From: Gemmatimonadales bacterium
GTDB lineage: Bacteria > Gemmatimonadota > Gemmatimonadetes > Gemmatimonadales > GWC2-71-9
Length of the DNA: 64,000 nucleotides
Reading direction: 5' to 3'
Assembly (NCBI GenBank): GCA_011772755.1
Contig: WVYX01000192.1
Span: 1,856-65,855, forward strand
Shown: positions 55,704 through 64,000 of the stretch, piece by piece
Layout of the letters: each line of letters opens with the position of its first letter
How positions within the stretch are numbered: the stretch's first letter is position 1
Translations under genes and position numbers: made by a program
Notes under the pieces: generated by a model
What the model was told of the DNA's origin: nothing
Database searches by the model: none
Seen by the model: the letters and a program-made list of their open reading frames with translations, nothing else

Positions 55704-57842
55704 CTATTGTCCCGGACTCTTGCCAGCCGCCTCCCGCTCCTCGCGCAACGTATTGATGGCGGCTTCCGCCTGCATCGTCTGGAAGGCGAGGGAGCCTGCC
55801 GTCTGGACGACCTTCTCGAGAAACTCCTTCTGATCGAGCACCGTCTGGAGGGTCGACTGCAGGTCGATCAGGAGAGCGTCGAGCCTGGAAAGGCGCTCCT
55901 CCGCCTCCTGGAACTGCCTCTTCCGCTCCTCCAGCGACTCCGCGTGCCGATCCAGCTCTCGCAGCTCCACGATCACCGAATCCAGCGAATGCCGGCGTCC
56001 CTCGATCTCCTGCTGGAGCGCCGCTACGCCCCGCACCTGCTCCATGGTGGCGTCGGCAACCTCGAACAGCCGCTGGAGATCCGACCGCATGGTATCGACT
56101 GCTGCCTGACGCTCGGTCGCGAGCTCTAGCGACCGATCCACTCGCTCCTCGACCGCCCCCAACTCAGTGAGCTTGTTCTCCAGTTGGACGATCCGCGTCC
56201 GTGCCTCCTCGAGCTGTCTCGTCCGCTCGTCGAGTTCCTGGAGCAACCGCCCCGCACGCTCGCCCGCCTCCGCCGCTCCTTCCAGGCGCTGGCGGAGCGC
56301 TTCCGACTCCTGCCCGAGTTCGCCGACCATACCCGCAGCCTGCTGCCGCAGCGTGCTGGCGTGATCGAGCTGCTCCAGCGCTTTTTCCAGGGCAGTCTCG
56401 CGGGAGCTGAGCTCGCGGCCGACCTGGGCGAGGCGCTCCTCGTAGCCCTCGAGCTTTCGCGCCCGCTCCTCGAGTGCCGAGACGGCCTCGTCCAGCTGCG
56501 CTACCCGGGCCTCGGCCTCATCCAGCGACTTGACCGCGGGCTGGGCGATCTTCTCCATCTGGCGCGCGAGGTTCCGGACCGTCTCCTCCAACTGCCGCAC
56601 GTCGGCCCGCACGGCCTGGGCGGTCGCGGCATCGGTTTCGAGGTCGGCGACCTGCTGGGTGATGCTCTGGACGCGGCCGGCGAGCTGTTCCGCATCCGAC
56701 ACCGCGCTCCCGATCGTGGTTCGCGCCTCCTCCACCGTGGGCAACTGCTTCTCGACCCCACTCAGCGCCTGGCGAAGCTCGGCCACGCGCTGGTTGACTG
56801 TGTCCAGTCCTTCCCGCTCGAACTGGAACTGGCTCATCGACTTCTGCACCTCGTCCCGCAGGGAGGTGAATTCCTCCCGCCGCGTGCGGTCCTCCGCCTC
56901 GATCACCCGATGCTTCTGTTGGATCTCCTCGGCGCGCTCCATGACGCTTTCGTGGATCTTTTTGATCTGCTCGACGTTTGTCTGGAGCTTGTTCAGGAAC
57001 TTCGCGTTCGTCTGCTGCTCCTGCAGCTGCCGATCGACCTGGCTGACGAGGTCCGCGAGTCGCTCGGCGCGCGTCGTCGCCCGCTCCACGGTGTCACGCT
57101 GACCTTCGAGCGTCGCCGCCTTCTGTGACACATATTCTGCCAGCGTGCGGAGTGTCCCCAGCTCGCGCTTGACGTTCGGCAGTTCCGTCAGAAGCTCGCG
57201 GAGCTGCTCGGCTGTGGTCTCGAACTTGGTGACCCGCGCCGAGAGGTCCTTCACGCTGCTGGCTGCTGTCTTACGCTCCTTCTCGGACTCCGCCAGGCGG
57301 GACTGCGCGTCGGCGCTGGCACTAGCGATCTTCTCATGTTCGCCCCGGAGCTTGTCCAACCGCTCGGCCAGCTCGCTGAGCTGGCTGTCGAGCGTGCCGG
57401 CCTGGGTCCGCAATTCCGCGACCGGCTCTGCCAGCTCGAGGATTCCGGGTAGCTGCTCCTTGAGCGCCAGAATCTCCGTCATCGGACCACGCATTTCGTC
57501 GAGTTCGTCCCGGGCACGATCGGCGATGCGCTTGGTCTCGTCGAGCCGGGCTTGAGTGTCGCGCTGTCCCTGGTCGAGCGCGGCGGCACCCTGCGTGAGG
57601 TCGCTGAGCTGCGACATGAGTTCGTCGAACGCCGCTAGCCGCTGCTTGAGTTGATCGACCTTTTCCTCTGTCTGCGCAACCGGCTCAGCGAGCTGCTCGG
57701 CCTGCTTCACCGTGCCCTCCGCCCGGGTGACCAAGCTCTCGTAGGCGGCCCGCTCCTTCCGCATCTGCTGCAGTAGGGTCTTGAGCTCGGCTGGGAGCTT
57801 CTCGAGTTCCGCTTTACTGAACAGCTTCTTCAGCGCTGCCAT
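55704..57842 (-). CDS. Long coiled-coil protein (712 aa), no enzymatic motif recognised
   Basis: Nearly continuous heptad-like E/Q/R/L/A-rich sequence. No TM segment, signal peptide or P-loop. AGGAGAG SD before the ATG. Confidence 0.75.
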   Translation of the reverse strand: MAALKKLFSKAELEKLPAELKTLLQQMRKERAAYESLVTRAEGTVKQAEQLAEPVAQTEEKVDQLKQRLAAFDELMSQLSDLTQGAAALDQGQRDTQARLDETKRIADRARDELDEMRGPMTEILALKEQLPGILELAEPVAELRTQAGTLDSQLSELAERLDKLRGEHEKIASASADAQSRLAESEKERKTAASSVKDLSARVTKFETTAEQLRELLTELPNVKRELGTLRTLAEYVSQKAATLEGQRDTVERATTRAERLADLVSQVDRQLQEQQTNAKFLNKLQTNVEQIKKIHESVMERAEEIQQKHRVIEAEDRTRREEFTSLRDEVQKSMSQFQFEREGLDTVNQRVAELRQALSGVEKQLPTVEEARTTIGSAVSDAEQLAGRVQSITQQVADLETDAATAQAVRADVRQLEETVRNLARQMEKIAQPAVKSLDEAEARVAQLDEAVSALEERARKLEGYEERLAQVGRELSSRETALEKALEQLDHASTLRQQAAGMVGELGQESEALRQRLEGAAEAGERAGRLLQELDERTRQLEEARTRIVQLENKLTELGAVEERVDRSLELATERQAAVDTMRSDLQRLFEVADATMEQVRGVAALQQEIEGRRHSLDSVIVELRELDRHAESLEERKRQFQEAEERLSRLDALLIDLQSTLQTVLDQKEFLEKVVQTAGSLAFQTMQAEAAINTLREEREAAGKSPGQ

Positions 57843-58197
57843 AGTCGATCTCTCCTATCGCGCGCGAGCCTCTCGAACCAGGGGTGGTGACCCGGACACG
57901 GGGGGCTGGCCTGCCGACGGGCCTCCCTCCCGGGGTTCCTAGGAGCCTAGATATTCCGGTGGGGCGGGTATCGAGCTAGTAGAAGCCGCCAATGGAACTC
58001 GGTCCCCGAGTGGCGGTTGACGCTCGCGCCGGGCCCGTGGTGCGCGAGGGTCGAGGGTGCGGCGTGAAACGAGTGAGGTGTTCGTCTTGGGCGTCGAGGC
58101 GACTGAGGGTATCCGAGTCTTCTCACAACAGTGGCCCCGCATCTCAGGCAGTGGCGATGCCTGGGGTCTTCATTTCCGGAGCAGCAGTGGGCGCGTG

Positions 58198-60009
58198 CTA
58201 CGATTTGAGACTCAGCACTTCAAACACGGCCAGTCTCTGGGATTTGCCCCTCAGAGGCACTTCGGGCATGGGACGGCATTCAAACTCGCCACGGACTGCC
58301 TCGTAAGTGGCCCCGGTAATGAGAATGGTCGTGCCGAACTCCTTGTTGAGAGCCTGCACCCGCGAGGAGGTGTTGACGCCATCACCGATGACCGTGTACT
58401 CGAGTCGTTTGCGCGAACCGATGTTGCCGACGACCACCTCGTCGGTGTGGATCCCGATCCCGATGGAAATGGGGGCCAGGCCCTTCATCGCCCGCTCGCC
58501 GTTGATCTTCCCCAGCAGGGCTTTCATGCGCAGCGCCGCCATCACGGCGCGCCGGGGGTGGTCCGAAGTCTTGCCCAGCGAACCGAAGACGGCCATCATC
58601 CCATCCCCGATGAACTTGTCGAGTATGCCGCTCTGCTCGAAGACGGCTTCCACCATTTCGCTGAAGTAGTCATTCAGGAAGGCGACCACCTCGGTGGGCG
58701 CCATCTGCTCGGCCAGGGCCGTGAAGCTGCGGATGTCGGAGAAGAGGATGGTGACGCACCGGCTTTCGCCCCCCAGATTCACGTCTCCCCTCATCACCTC
58801 TTCCGAGACCTGCTTCGTCACGTACCTCCCGAAAACCTCCTTGATGAACTCCTTTTCTTCCAATCCTTTCGCCATCCGATTCAAAGAGACGCTCAGCTGG
58901 CCGAACTCGTCCCGGCCGGGATCGGCGATGCGGGCCGTGAGTTCGCCCGAATCGATCAGATTAACCTCATTCAAGAGACTGGACAAAGGCTTCCGCAAAC
59001 TGTGCGCGATCCACCACGCCACCAGCAGACAGAGTGCGGTAAAGACCGCGGCACCGAAGATGAACTGCCTACGCAAGGTGACAAGGGCTGCGGACGCCTC
59101 GCTCTGCTGCATTTCCGTCATGAGCACCATCGGTTTCGGATTAACGGTCGCCGTACCGTCTAGCGCACGGTAGACGTAAAGCATCTCTTTCCCCTCATTG
59201 TTCACTGCGACCGCCGAACCCTCTTCGCCCCGGAGCGCGGCGCGCACAGCGGGATACTGGGACACGTTGTCTCGCAAACGCTGGGGGTTAGGGTGCGCCA
59301 GCATCAGGCCATCCTGGCCGACGATGGCCGAATAGCCTGTCTCCCCGAATCGGGTGGAAGCGACGATGCGGGTCAGCACTCCCTGGATGTCGAAACTGGA
59401 GGCCAGAAATCCGGCCACTTCTCCCGACGTGGACTTGACCGGGACGCCAATAGTGAGGACGTAGCGGCCGAGTGCCGCGGAGTAGTGGGGATCGCTGGCG
59501 AAACGGACACCCTCGAGGCCGTAGGCAATCGCCACGCGGCCGATGGCCTCGGACTTTGCGCTCGGATCGACGGTCAACACCGAATTGCCGTGCCGGTCGA
59601 TGAGGTTGAACTGTAAGAAGCTGGGATTAGCGTGCTGGAGATCGCGAAGCGACTGGCGTATCAGACTGGCGTCCCCGGAAGAGAGGCCGCGCTTCGAGGC
59701 GTCCGCGATCGCATCCAGCGAGGTCATGGCCTGATCGAGCGAACCGCTGACCTCGCTTTCAATGATGCCCTCGATGTTTCCCAAGTGCTGGACCGCTTGT
59801 GCGGAGAGGAGGCGTTCCGCCGAATTGAATCCCCACGCGCCGAGGAGGATCGAAGAGGTGACTCCGATGCCTCCTAGCGCCAGCATCAGGGTGATCAAGA
59901 ACCCCCGCCGGTAACCCGCCAGCCAGCGCCGTTCCAGCGCAAACAGGAATAATGCGAGCAGCGCGGTCGCCGCCAGAGCGGTTAACCCCCAGCTCATCGT
60001 CAAAACCAT
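58198..60009 (-). CDS. Membrane-bound class III adenylate/guanylate cyclase with periplasmic Cache-like sensor and HAMP
   Basis: Two TM segments flanking a roughly 270-aa sensor, HAMP (DEFGQLSVSLNRM), cyclase core (VTILFSDIRSFTAL ... KFIGDGMMAVFG ... IGIHTDEVVVGNIG). Confidence 0.88.
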   Translation of the reverse strand: MVLTMSWGLTALAATALLALFLFALERRWLAGYRRGFLITLMLALGGIGVTSSILLGAWGFNSAERLLSAQAVQHLGNIEGIIESEVSGSLDQAMTSLDAIADASKRGLSSGDASLIRQSLRDLQHANPSFLQFNLIDRHGNSVLTVDPSAKSEAIGRVAIAYGLEGVRFASDPHYSAALGRYVLTIGVPVKSTSGEVAGFLASSFDIQGVLTRIVASTRFGETGYSAIVGQDGLMLAHPNPQRLRDNVSQYPAVRAALRGEEGSAVAVNNEGKEMLYVYRALDGTATVNPKPMVLMTEMQQSEASAALVTLRRQFIFGAAVFTALCLLVAWWIAHSLRKPLSSLLNEVNLIDSGELTARIADPGRDEFGQLSVSLNRMAKGLEEKEFIKEVFGRYVTKQVSEEVMRGDVNLGGESRCVTILFSDIRSFTALAEQMAPTEVVAFLNDYFSEMVEAVFEQSGILDKFIGDGMMAVFGSLGKTSDHPRRAVMAALRMKALLGKINGERAMKGLAPISIGIGIHTDEVVVGNIGSRKRLEYTVIGDGVNTSSRVQALNKEFGTTILITGATYEAVRGEFECRPMPEVPLRGKSQRLAVFEVLSLKS

Positions 60010-60120
60010 GTGCGAGTTCCTCCATCTCCGAAATCGGAACGGTGCGGCCTCCGCGGAACTCTGCGGAGCCCCGATGTCCGCACACGAATTTCAATCGACC
60101 CTTCGAAACTACCGCTCGGT

Positions 60121-60687
60121 ATGCGACGGGCAAGAGAGCGTGAGTTGGGGGCCACCCGGCGCCGCGCGGCCAAGCTCAGCGGCCTCCGACGAGTGATTGC
60201 CCGCAGGTCGGTGATGCGTTACCAGCAAACTGACAAGCCGCTGCGGCGGATCGCGCGCGAGCTGGGCGTGGACGCACTGGTTACAGGGTCGGTGCTGCGT
60301 TCGGGCGATCGCGTGCAGATCACGGCCCATCTCATCGATGCGGCGACGGAGGAGCACCTGTGGGCGCACCGATACGAGCGGGAGGTACGCAACGTTCTCG
60401 CGCTGCAGAACGAGATGGTGGCTGCGATGACTCGGCAAATCAGGTTACAGCTAACCCCACAGGAGCAGGCACGGCTGGCGGGCGCCCCGCCCGTCGACCC
60501 CGAGGCGTACGAGGCTTATCTCAAGGGCAGGTTCTTCATGAACACCATGACACCGGAGGGATTCGAAAGAGGTCTGGCGTTGATGCAGTGGGCCATCGAC
60601 AAGGACCCGACGAATCCCTTGCCCCACGCAGGGCTGGCACCTGCGTACAGCATGATGGGTCACGAGAGGTTCCGGCTTAACTCCTAG
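60121..60687 (+). pseudogene. Truncated TolB-N-like + TPR gene fragment
   Basis: Contains LRRVIARRSVMRYQQTDKPLRRIARELGVDALVTGSVLRSGDRVQITAHLIDAATEEHLWAHRYE and LTPQEQARLAGAPPVDPEAYEAYLKGRFF. Lacks the usual N-terminal anchor/VLPF strand and all but the first TPR. Stops 13 nt from the tRNA-Gln 3' end. Confidence 0.5.
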
Positions 60688-60699
60688 TTGGCCAACAAG

Positions 60700-60770
60700 T
60701 TGGCCCCGCTGGACTCGAACCAGCATTTCCGGATCCAAAGTCCGGCGTCCTGCCGTTGGACGAGGGGCCA
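60700..60770 (-). tRNA. tRNA-Gln (anticodon UUG)
   Basis: Hand-folded cloverleaf on the minus strand: acceptor UGGCCCC/GGGGCCA, D arm GUCC-AACGGCA-GGAC, anticodon arm CCGGA-CUUUGGA-UCCGG, variable AAAU, T arm GCUGG-UUCGAGU-CCAGC, discriminator A. No encoded CCA. Confidence 0.9.
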
Positions 60771-60817
60771 GGGACGTAAGCTGTGCGGGGGTGCGGAAGA
60801 TAACGTGAGGGGCTGCG

Positions 60818-61204
60818 CTACAGAATGTCCATCGCGTCCCACCCGATCGACTTCCTGAGGGCCCCGTCCACCGCCTCCAGTAGATCGGGGGGCTTCACCG
60901 GTTTCAGCAGCGTGCGGAGCGCCCCATAGTCCTCAGCCAGCGGGAATTGCTCCGGGCTAACCCCCGAGATCGCGATGATGCGGGCAGTCTTGTCGAACTC
61001 GAGCAACTCCCGGATCGTTCTCAGGCCGCTCTTGACCGGCATTGCGAGGTCCACAATCACGAGATCAAAGGGCTCCCGCTGGTAGAAGGAGAACCCTACC
61101 TCGCCATTGGGCGCATAGGAGACCTCGTGATCTGCACCTTCAAGCACTGAGCCGAGGGCTACTCGGGTTACCTCGTCGTCGTCGATGACCAAGATGCGCG
61201 ACAT
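60818..61204 (-). CDS. Stand-alone CheY-like response regulator receiver protein
   Basis: MSRILVIDDDE ... DLVIVDLAMP ... AISG receiver motifs with no output domain. ATG 61204 preferred over the TTG at 61243. Confidence 0.85.
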   Translation of the reverse strand: MSRILVIDDDEVTRVALGSVLEGADHEVSYAPNGEVGFSFYQREPFDLVIVDLAMPVKSGLRTIRELLEFDKTARIIAISGVSPEQFPLAEDYGALRTLLKPVKPPDLLEAVDGALRKSIGWDAMDIL

Positions 61205-61328
61205 CGCCAAACTCTGGGCCAGAGCACGGGCGCTACTGCTCAATTGCTAAGCCGGGAAATGCCAAAGTCAACCGGTCTTCGGGTTTCTATCGGGTCGCGC
61301 CGCGCTGGCAGCCCCTGGCCTCCGCCCC

Positions 61329-61434
61329 CGACGGAACGGCGGTACGGCGGAAGGTGGCACCGCTGGAACTCGCTGCTTTGAGGCTCGTTCCGTCGTACCG
61401 TCCGTCCCTCGTTCCGTCGTTCCATCCTTCCACC
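61329..61434. repeat. Imperfect about 105-nt palindromic element built from octamer-periodic repeats
   Basis: Purine-rich arm CGACGGAACGGCGGTACGGCGGAAGGTGG (61329-61357), about 28-nt spacer, pyrimidine-rich arm CGTTCCGTCGTACCGTCCGTCCCTCGTTCCGTCGTTCCATCCTTCCACC (61386-61434). CGACGGAACG is exactly complementary to 61386-61395 and 61410-61419. Confidence 0.65.
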
Positions 61435-61469
61435 CCGAGTTGGACAGGGGTCGCGGGAAAGCATAGCTT

Positions 61470-62306
61470 TTGGGTGAGGTGGAGCCCTACACGCTCGTCG
61501 TCTCGAACCCGCCCCACGGCCAGGTTAACGCCGCGAAGGCCGCGCAGTGTCTCGGTCTTCCCCCCGTCGATGTGAACGTGAAGTCCCACTACCCCGTGCC
61601 CGAGATCTGGCTGGCCCATACCAATCAGGAGAAGATGGAGGCAGCCGCGGCCACGTTGCGGGGCGCGGGTCTCAATGTCGCGGCAATTCCAGGGGAAGAT
61701 CTGCTCCGAGTTCCACCGCGTACACTGGCCAAGTCTTTTGCGTTCCACGATGTGCATTTCAGTGCACAGCTCGAAGACGCCGCAGAGGTGTTGGGCTACG
61801 ATGTGTCGATGATCGCTGTCTTCTGTACCCTGCGTGAGCAAGACGCTGTCCGAACGAGCCGTGCTTCACGGGCTCGACTCAGTGAGGCGGAGGAAGGTCT
61901 CGCCCCAGGTGCCCAGGTTCCGAGCGTGGAGGAGATTCTCGAGACCTCGCCGTTTCTCGATATCTACGCGCCGCGGGTGGACCGCCTGCTGCGACTTGCC
62001 ATCGTGCCGGAGCTGGTGGACTTCTCCGGGCTGGGGGAGCTAGCGGGACCCAGCGCGGTGGGCAACCTCAGGCACCTGGAAGAAGAGATAGAGAAGCGGT
62101 TCAGAAACGCCCGCATCGACCGGCGGCTGATGAACATGCAGCTTCGTCAGCGGCACACCGCTGGCCTGGCACACGCGGACAAGCGGAGGGGTTATTCCTA
62201 CGGGAGCTTCGGCCTGCTCAAGCTGCTCAAGGCTGTCTCACCCCATCTGGCGGACCTCGGCCATCTGGAGCTTTCCTCGCGGTTGGCCTACCTCACGGCA
62301 CGCTGA
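61470..62306 (+). CDS. Hypothetical protein (278 aa), no family recognised
   Basis: Clean ORF (TTG 61470 or GTG 61479) with genome-like codon bias. No TM helix, signal peptide or catalytic motif seen. Bracketed by the two hairpin repeat elements. Confidence 0.55.
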   Translation: MGEVEPYTLVVSNPPHGQVNAAKAAQCLGLPPVDVNVKSHYPVPEIWLAHTNQEKMEAAAATLRGAGLNVAAIPGEDLLRVPPRTLAKSFAFHDVHFSAQLEDAAEVLGYDVSMIAVFCTLREQDAVRTSRASRARLSEAEEGLAPGAQVPSVEEILETSPFLDIYAPRVDRLLRLAIVPELVDFSGLGELAGPSAVGNLRHLEEEIEKRFRNARIDRRLMNMQLRQRHTAGLAHADKRRGYSYGSFGLLKLLKAVSPHLADLGHLELSSRLAYLTAR

Positions 62307-62370
62307 AGCCCCGCCGCACTACCCATCCCGCCGGCGGTCCCCGCTGCCCCGCAGCCCGTCCCAGGCGGCT

Positions 62371-62481
62371 CGGCGGTAAGAAGGAACGACGGAAGGTGAT
62401 CATGCTGCCCTCGCAGCGCCCGTCCCGTCCTTCCGTCGTTCCGCCCTTCCGTCGTACGGTCGTACCGCCGAACCGTCCGCC
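62371..62481. repeat. Imperfect about 110-nt palindromic element of the same octamer-repeat family
   Basis: GGAACGACGGAAGG (62383-62396) is the exact reverse complement of CCTTCCGTCGTTCC (62429-62442). Outer pair CGGCGGTA (62371-78) / TACCGCCG (62463-70). The right arm is 8-nt periodic. Ends 1 nt before the pilX-like stop. Confidence 0.65.
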
Positions 62482-63624
62482 CTAGAACAGCTGTATCCAC
62501 CCCCGCGACCGGAGGGGAGTGCCTCCTGAGCCGGCCTGCTGGGCCCGGGCGAGGGCGCAGCTGGAATAGGCCAGGTCGACCGTGCCGAAGATCATGTTGT
62601 TGTCGATGTAGAAGTTCGCCGCCATCACCCCGCCGTGGAACTTGTTGCCGTTGCCCGCAGACATGAGACTCCCCTTGACGATGACGATGCCGTAGAACTC
62701 GAATTTGCCCTGGGCCGAGAGGTCACCCTCCACTAGGAGGATCCCCTGCCCGACGCCCGTATTCACCGTCAGGTTGCCGGGCGCGTAGATGATCGGCAGA
62801 TAATCTCCGCACGGTGCGGTGGGGTTCTCGGGGTCGCCCCAGTTCTTGATATCCGCCGTGTTGCAGTCCCCTCCGCCCGTCAGGCTCGGCCCGATGTTCT
62901 GATAGTTGTCGCCGGGAAGCCGTTTGGTCGCTAGGGACACCAGCAGGTCCCAGTCCGCGTCGCCGTACTCGAAGAACGTATCGTCGTCGATGCTGGGATC
63001 TACGTCCACGGGAGGGTCGCCATCGATGCAACTGGCGCTCTTACAGCCGCCGCCGAACGTGAGCTGGTCGGCATCCGGGATCCGGATGCCGGGCTTGAGG
63101 CCCTCCAGGGGCGGACACTTACCCCACGGCCCTCCCTGGTCGTTGCCATTGACCCCCGCGTTCCCGCCGATCTGGCTGTTCCCCCGCGTGGTGAGCACGG
63201 CCTGGATGTCGAACAACAGGTTGCGCAGCTTCACGAACGCTCCGATCCGCTGCCGCGCCCGGCCGGCGTTGGCGACGCCGGTGACGTCCACCAGAAAGAT
63301 CTCGTTATTGAGTCGCTGCACCCTGCCGGCGTACGAGCCGGTGCCTCCGGACAACGTCCCCCACACCGTGTCGCTCGCCATGACGGCGAGGTCGTTCCAT
63401 GACATGGCGTTCCAGTTGGCGATGGTCGCGTTAATGCCGTGCTCGGCGGCCGCGAAAGCCTGCTCCGCTCGCCGGGAGTTATGGCCCACCCGGTTCTCCT
63501 GCACGGCCACCATGAAGAAACCCGTGAACAGGGCGCCCACCACCACAATCCCTAGAACCGCCACGATGAGCGCGATCCCCCGCTCGTCGCGCGGCTTCGA
63601 CGTGGACATCATGTGGTGTGCCAT
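62482..63624 (-). CDS. PilX-like type IV pilus minor pilin/assembly protein
   Basis: N-terminal ERGIALIVAVLGIVVVGALFTGFFMV helix typical of PilX_N-type proteins. 380 aa, G/N/D-rich extracellular body. Confidence 0.6.
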   Translation of the reverse strand: MAHHMMSTSKPRDERGIALIVAVLGIVVVGALFTGFFMVAVQENRVGHNSRRAEQAFAAAEHGINATIANWNAMSWNDLAVMASDTVWGTLSGGTGSYAGRVQRLNNEIFLVDVTGVANAGRARQRIGAFVKLRNLLFDIQAVLTTRGNSQIGGNAGVNGNDQGGPWGKCPPLEGLKPGIRIPDADQLTFGGGCKSASCIDGDPPVDVDPSIDDDTFFEYGDADWDLLVSLATKRLPGDNYQNIGPSLTGGGDCNTADIKNWGDPENPTAPCGDYLPIIYAPGNLTVNTGVGQGILLVEGDLSAQGKFEFYGIVIVKGSLMSAGNGNKFHGGVMAANFYIDNNMIFGTVDLAYSSCALARAQQAGSGGTPLRSRGWIQLF

Positions 63625-63625
63625 A

Positions 63626-64000
63626 TCAGAACCCCCGGTTGTTGCGGAGCGTGACGCGGGTTATGACCGAATCCTGCACGTAACCGATGCCGCCGGTGGA
63701 TAGATACGCTCGGGCGGGAGAGCGCCCCCGCACGACGAGACCGACGCTGGCGATGTCCGCCAGGGTTGCTGTCACCGCCCCGGTGGTGTCGTAGTAGGCG
63801 AAAGCCATTCCGTCGGCCGTCAGCGGCCCGACGAGCAGCTGCCACTCACTCCATCCCCCCCCTCGATCTGCAGAGCGGCGTCCCAGCCAGGCCTCTCCGC
63901 CAGATTGATACAGTGAGATTTCTTCCATCTGGAAGCCGCGAATCGGCGCGCCTGCGGTCACAAAGCCGACGGTGGAGTCGCGACCGCCGGACGCGGCGGA
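63626..64000 (-). CDS. PilW-like minor pilin, C-terminal part (gene runs off the window)
   Basis: Frame stays open from 63626 to the window edge. Stop lies 1 nt before the pilX-like start. Call rests on the pilW-pilX gene order, not on motifs. Confidence 0.4.
   Translation of the reverse strand, partial: SAASGGRDSTVGFVTAGAPIRGFQMEEISLYQSGGEAWLGRRSADRGGGWSEWQLLVGPLTADGMAFAYYDTTGAVTATLADIASVGLVVRGRSPARAYLSTGGIGYVQDSVITRVTLRNNRGF

Noticed and set aside
56184-57555. Plus-strand ORFs (314, 190, 136 aa) opposite the 712-aa coiled-coil gene
   Set aside because: Same shadow-ORF effect. They are low-complexity L/R/S-rich translations without starts supported by an SD.
58057-59163. 368-aa plus-strand ORF opposite the adenylate cyclase
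   Set aside because: It is antisense to a frame with HAMP and cyclase signatures and has no motifs of its own.
60686-60705. 8-bp direct repeat AGTTGGCC at the tRNA-Gln 3' end as an att site of an integrated element
   Set aside because: It is too short to be significant, and no integrase, excisionase or foreign-looking gene block lies on either side. It is kept only as a supporting detail of the truncated-gene observation.
61329-62481. Short-period repeats as a CRISPR array or as integron attC sites
   Set aside because: The period is 8 nt with no spacers, so this is not CRISPR. The arms lack the RYYYAAC/GTTRRRY core sites of attC, and no integrase is nearby.
1-64000. Prophage, IS element, genomic island or known defence system anywhere in the window
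   Set aside because: I recognised no integrase, transposase, recombinase, capsid or terminase, restriction-modification, toxin-antitoxin or Cas-type motif. Composition looks uniform apart from short intergenic repeats.

Overview
High-GC, gene-dense bacterial chromosomal segment, about 60 protein genes in long co-directional blocks, many joined by 1-4 nt stop/start overlaps (ATGA, GTGA, TTGA). Most of it is core housekeeping. Translation: rpmE-prfA-prmC, rpsF-rpsR-rplI, rplY-pth, ychF, rsfS, rimO. Envelope of a diderm: lnt, lolA, two Omp85-type barrels, an Mla-like transporter, SpoIID, a SPOR lipoprotein, and PilW/PilX-like minor pilins at the right edge. Also smc, hemL, tmk, prs, DAHP synthase, a membrane H+-PPase and one tRNA-Gln(UUG). 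A short RpoD lacking region 1.1, a FlgD/T9SS-like C-terminal domain on an S8 protease and the diderm envelope set suggest an FCB-group, Gemmatimonadota-like organism (inference only). I saw no integrase, transposase, phage, CRISPR or recognisable defence genes, so the window reads as core genome, not an island. The best candidate for something undescribed is a tightly packed minus-strand cluster at 12362-19071. It encodes Crp-like regulator, MBL hydrolase, secreted TolB-N/TPR protein, MlaE, an MlaF-like subunit with every ATPase motif degenerate, MlaD, and a REC-like-GAF-HD-GYP protein. Other points worth a second look: an Omp85 barrel whose periplasmic part is an HExxH peptidase-like domain plus a PD40 propeller; pth, which has no canonical start (SD plus CTG, in frame with rplY across a single TAG); a dispersed family of roughly 8-nt-periodic hairpin repeats, two of which bracket an orphan gene; a truncated gene abutting the tRNA; a 712-aa coiled-coil protein; and a small acidic orphan with an ART-like motif pattern. 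All family calls come from reading motifs by eye; no searches were run.
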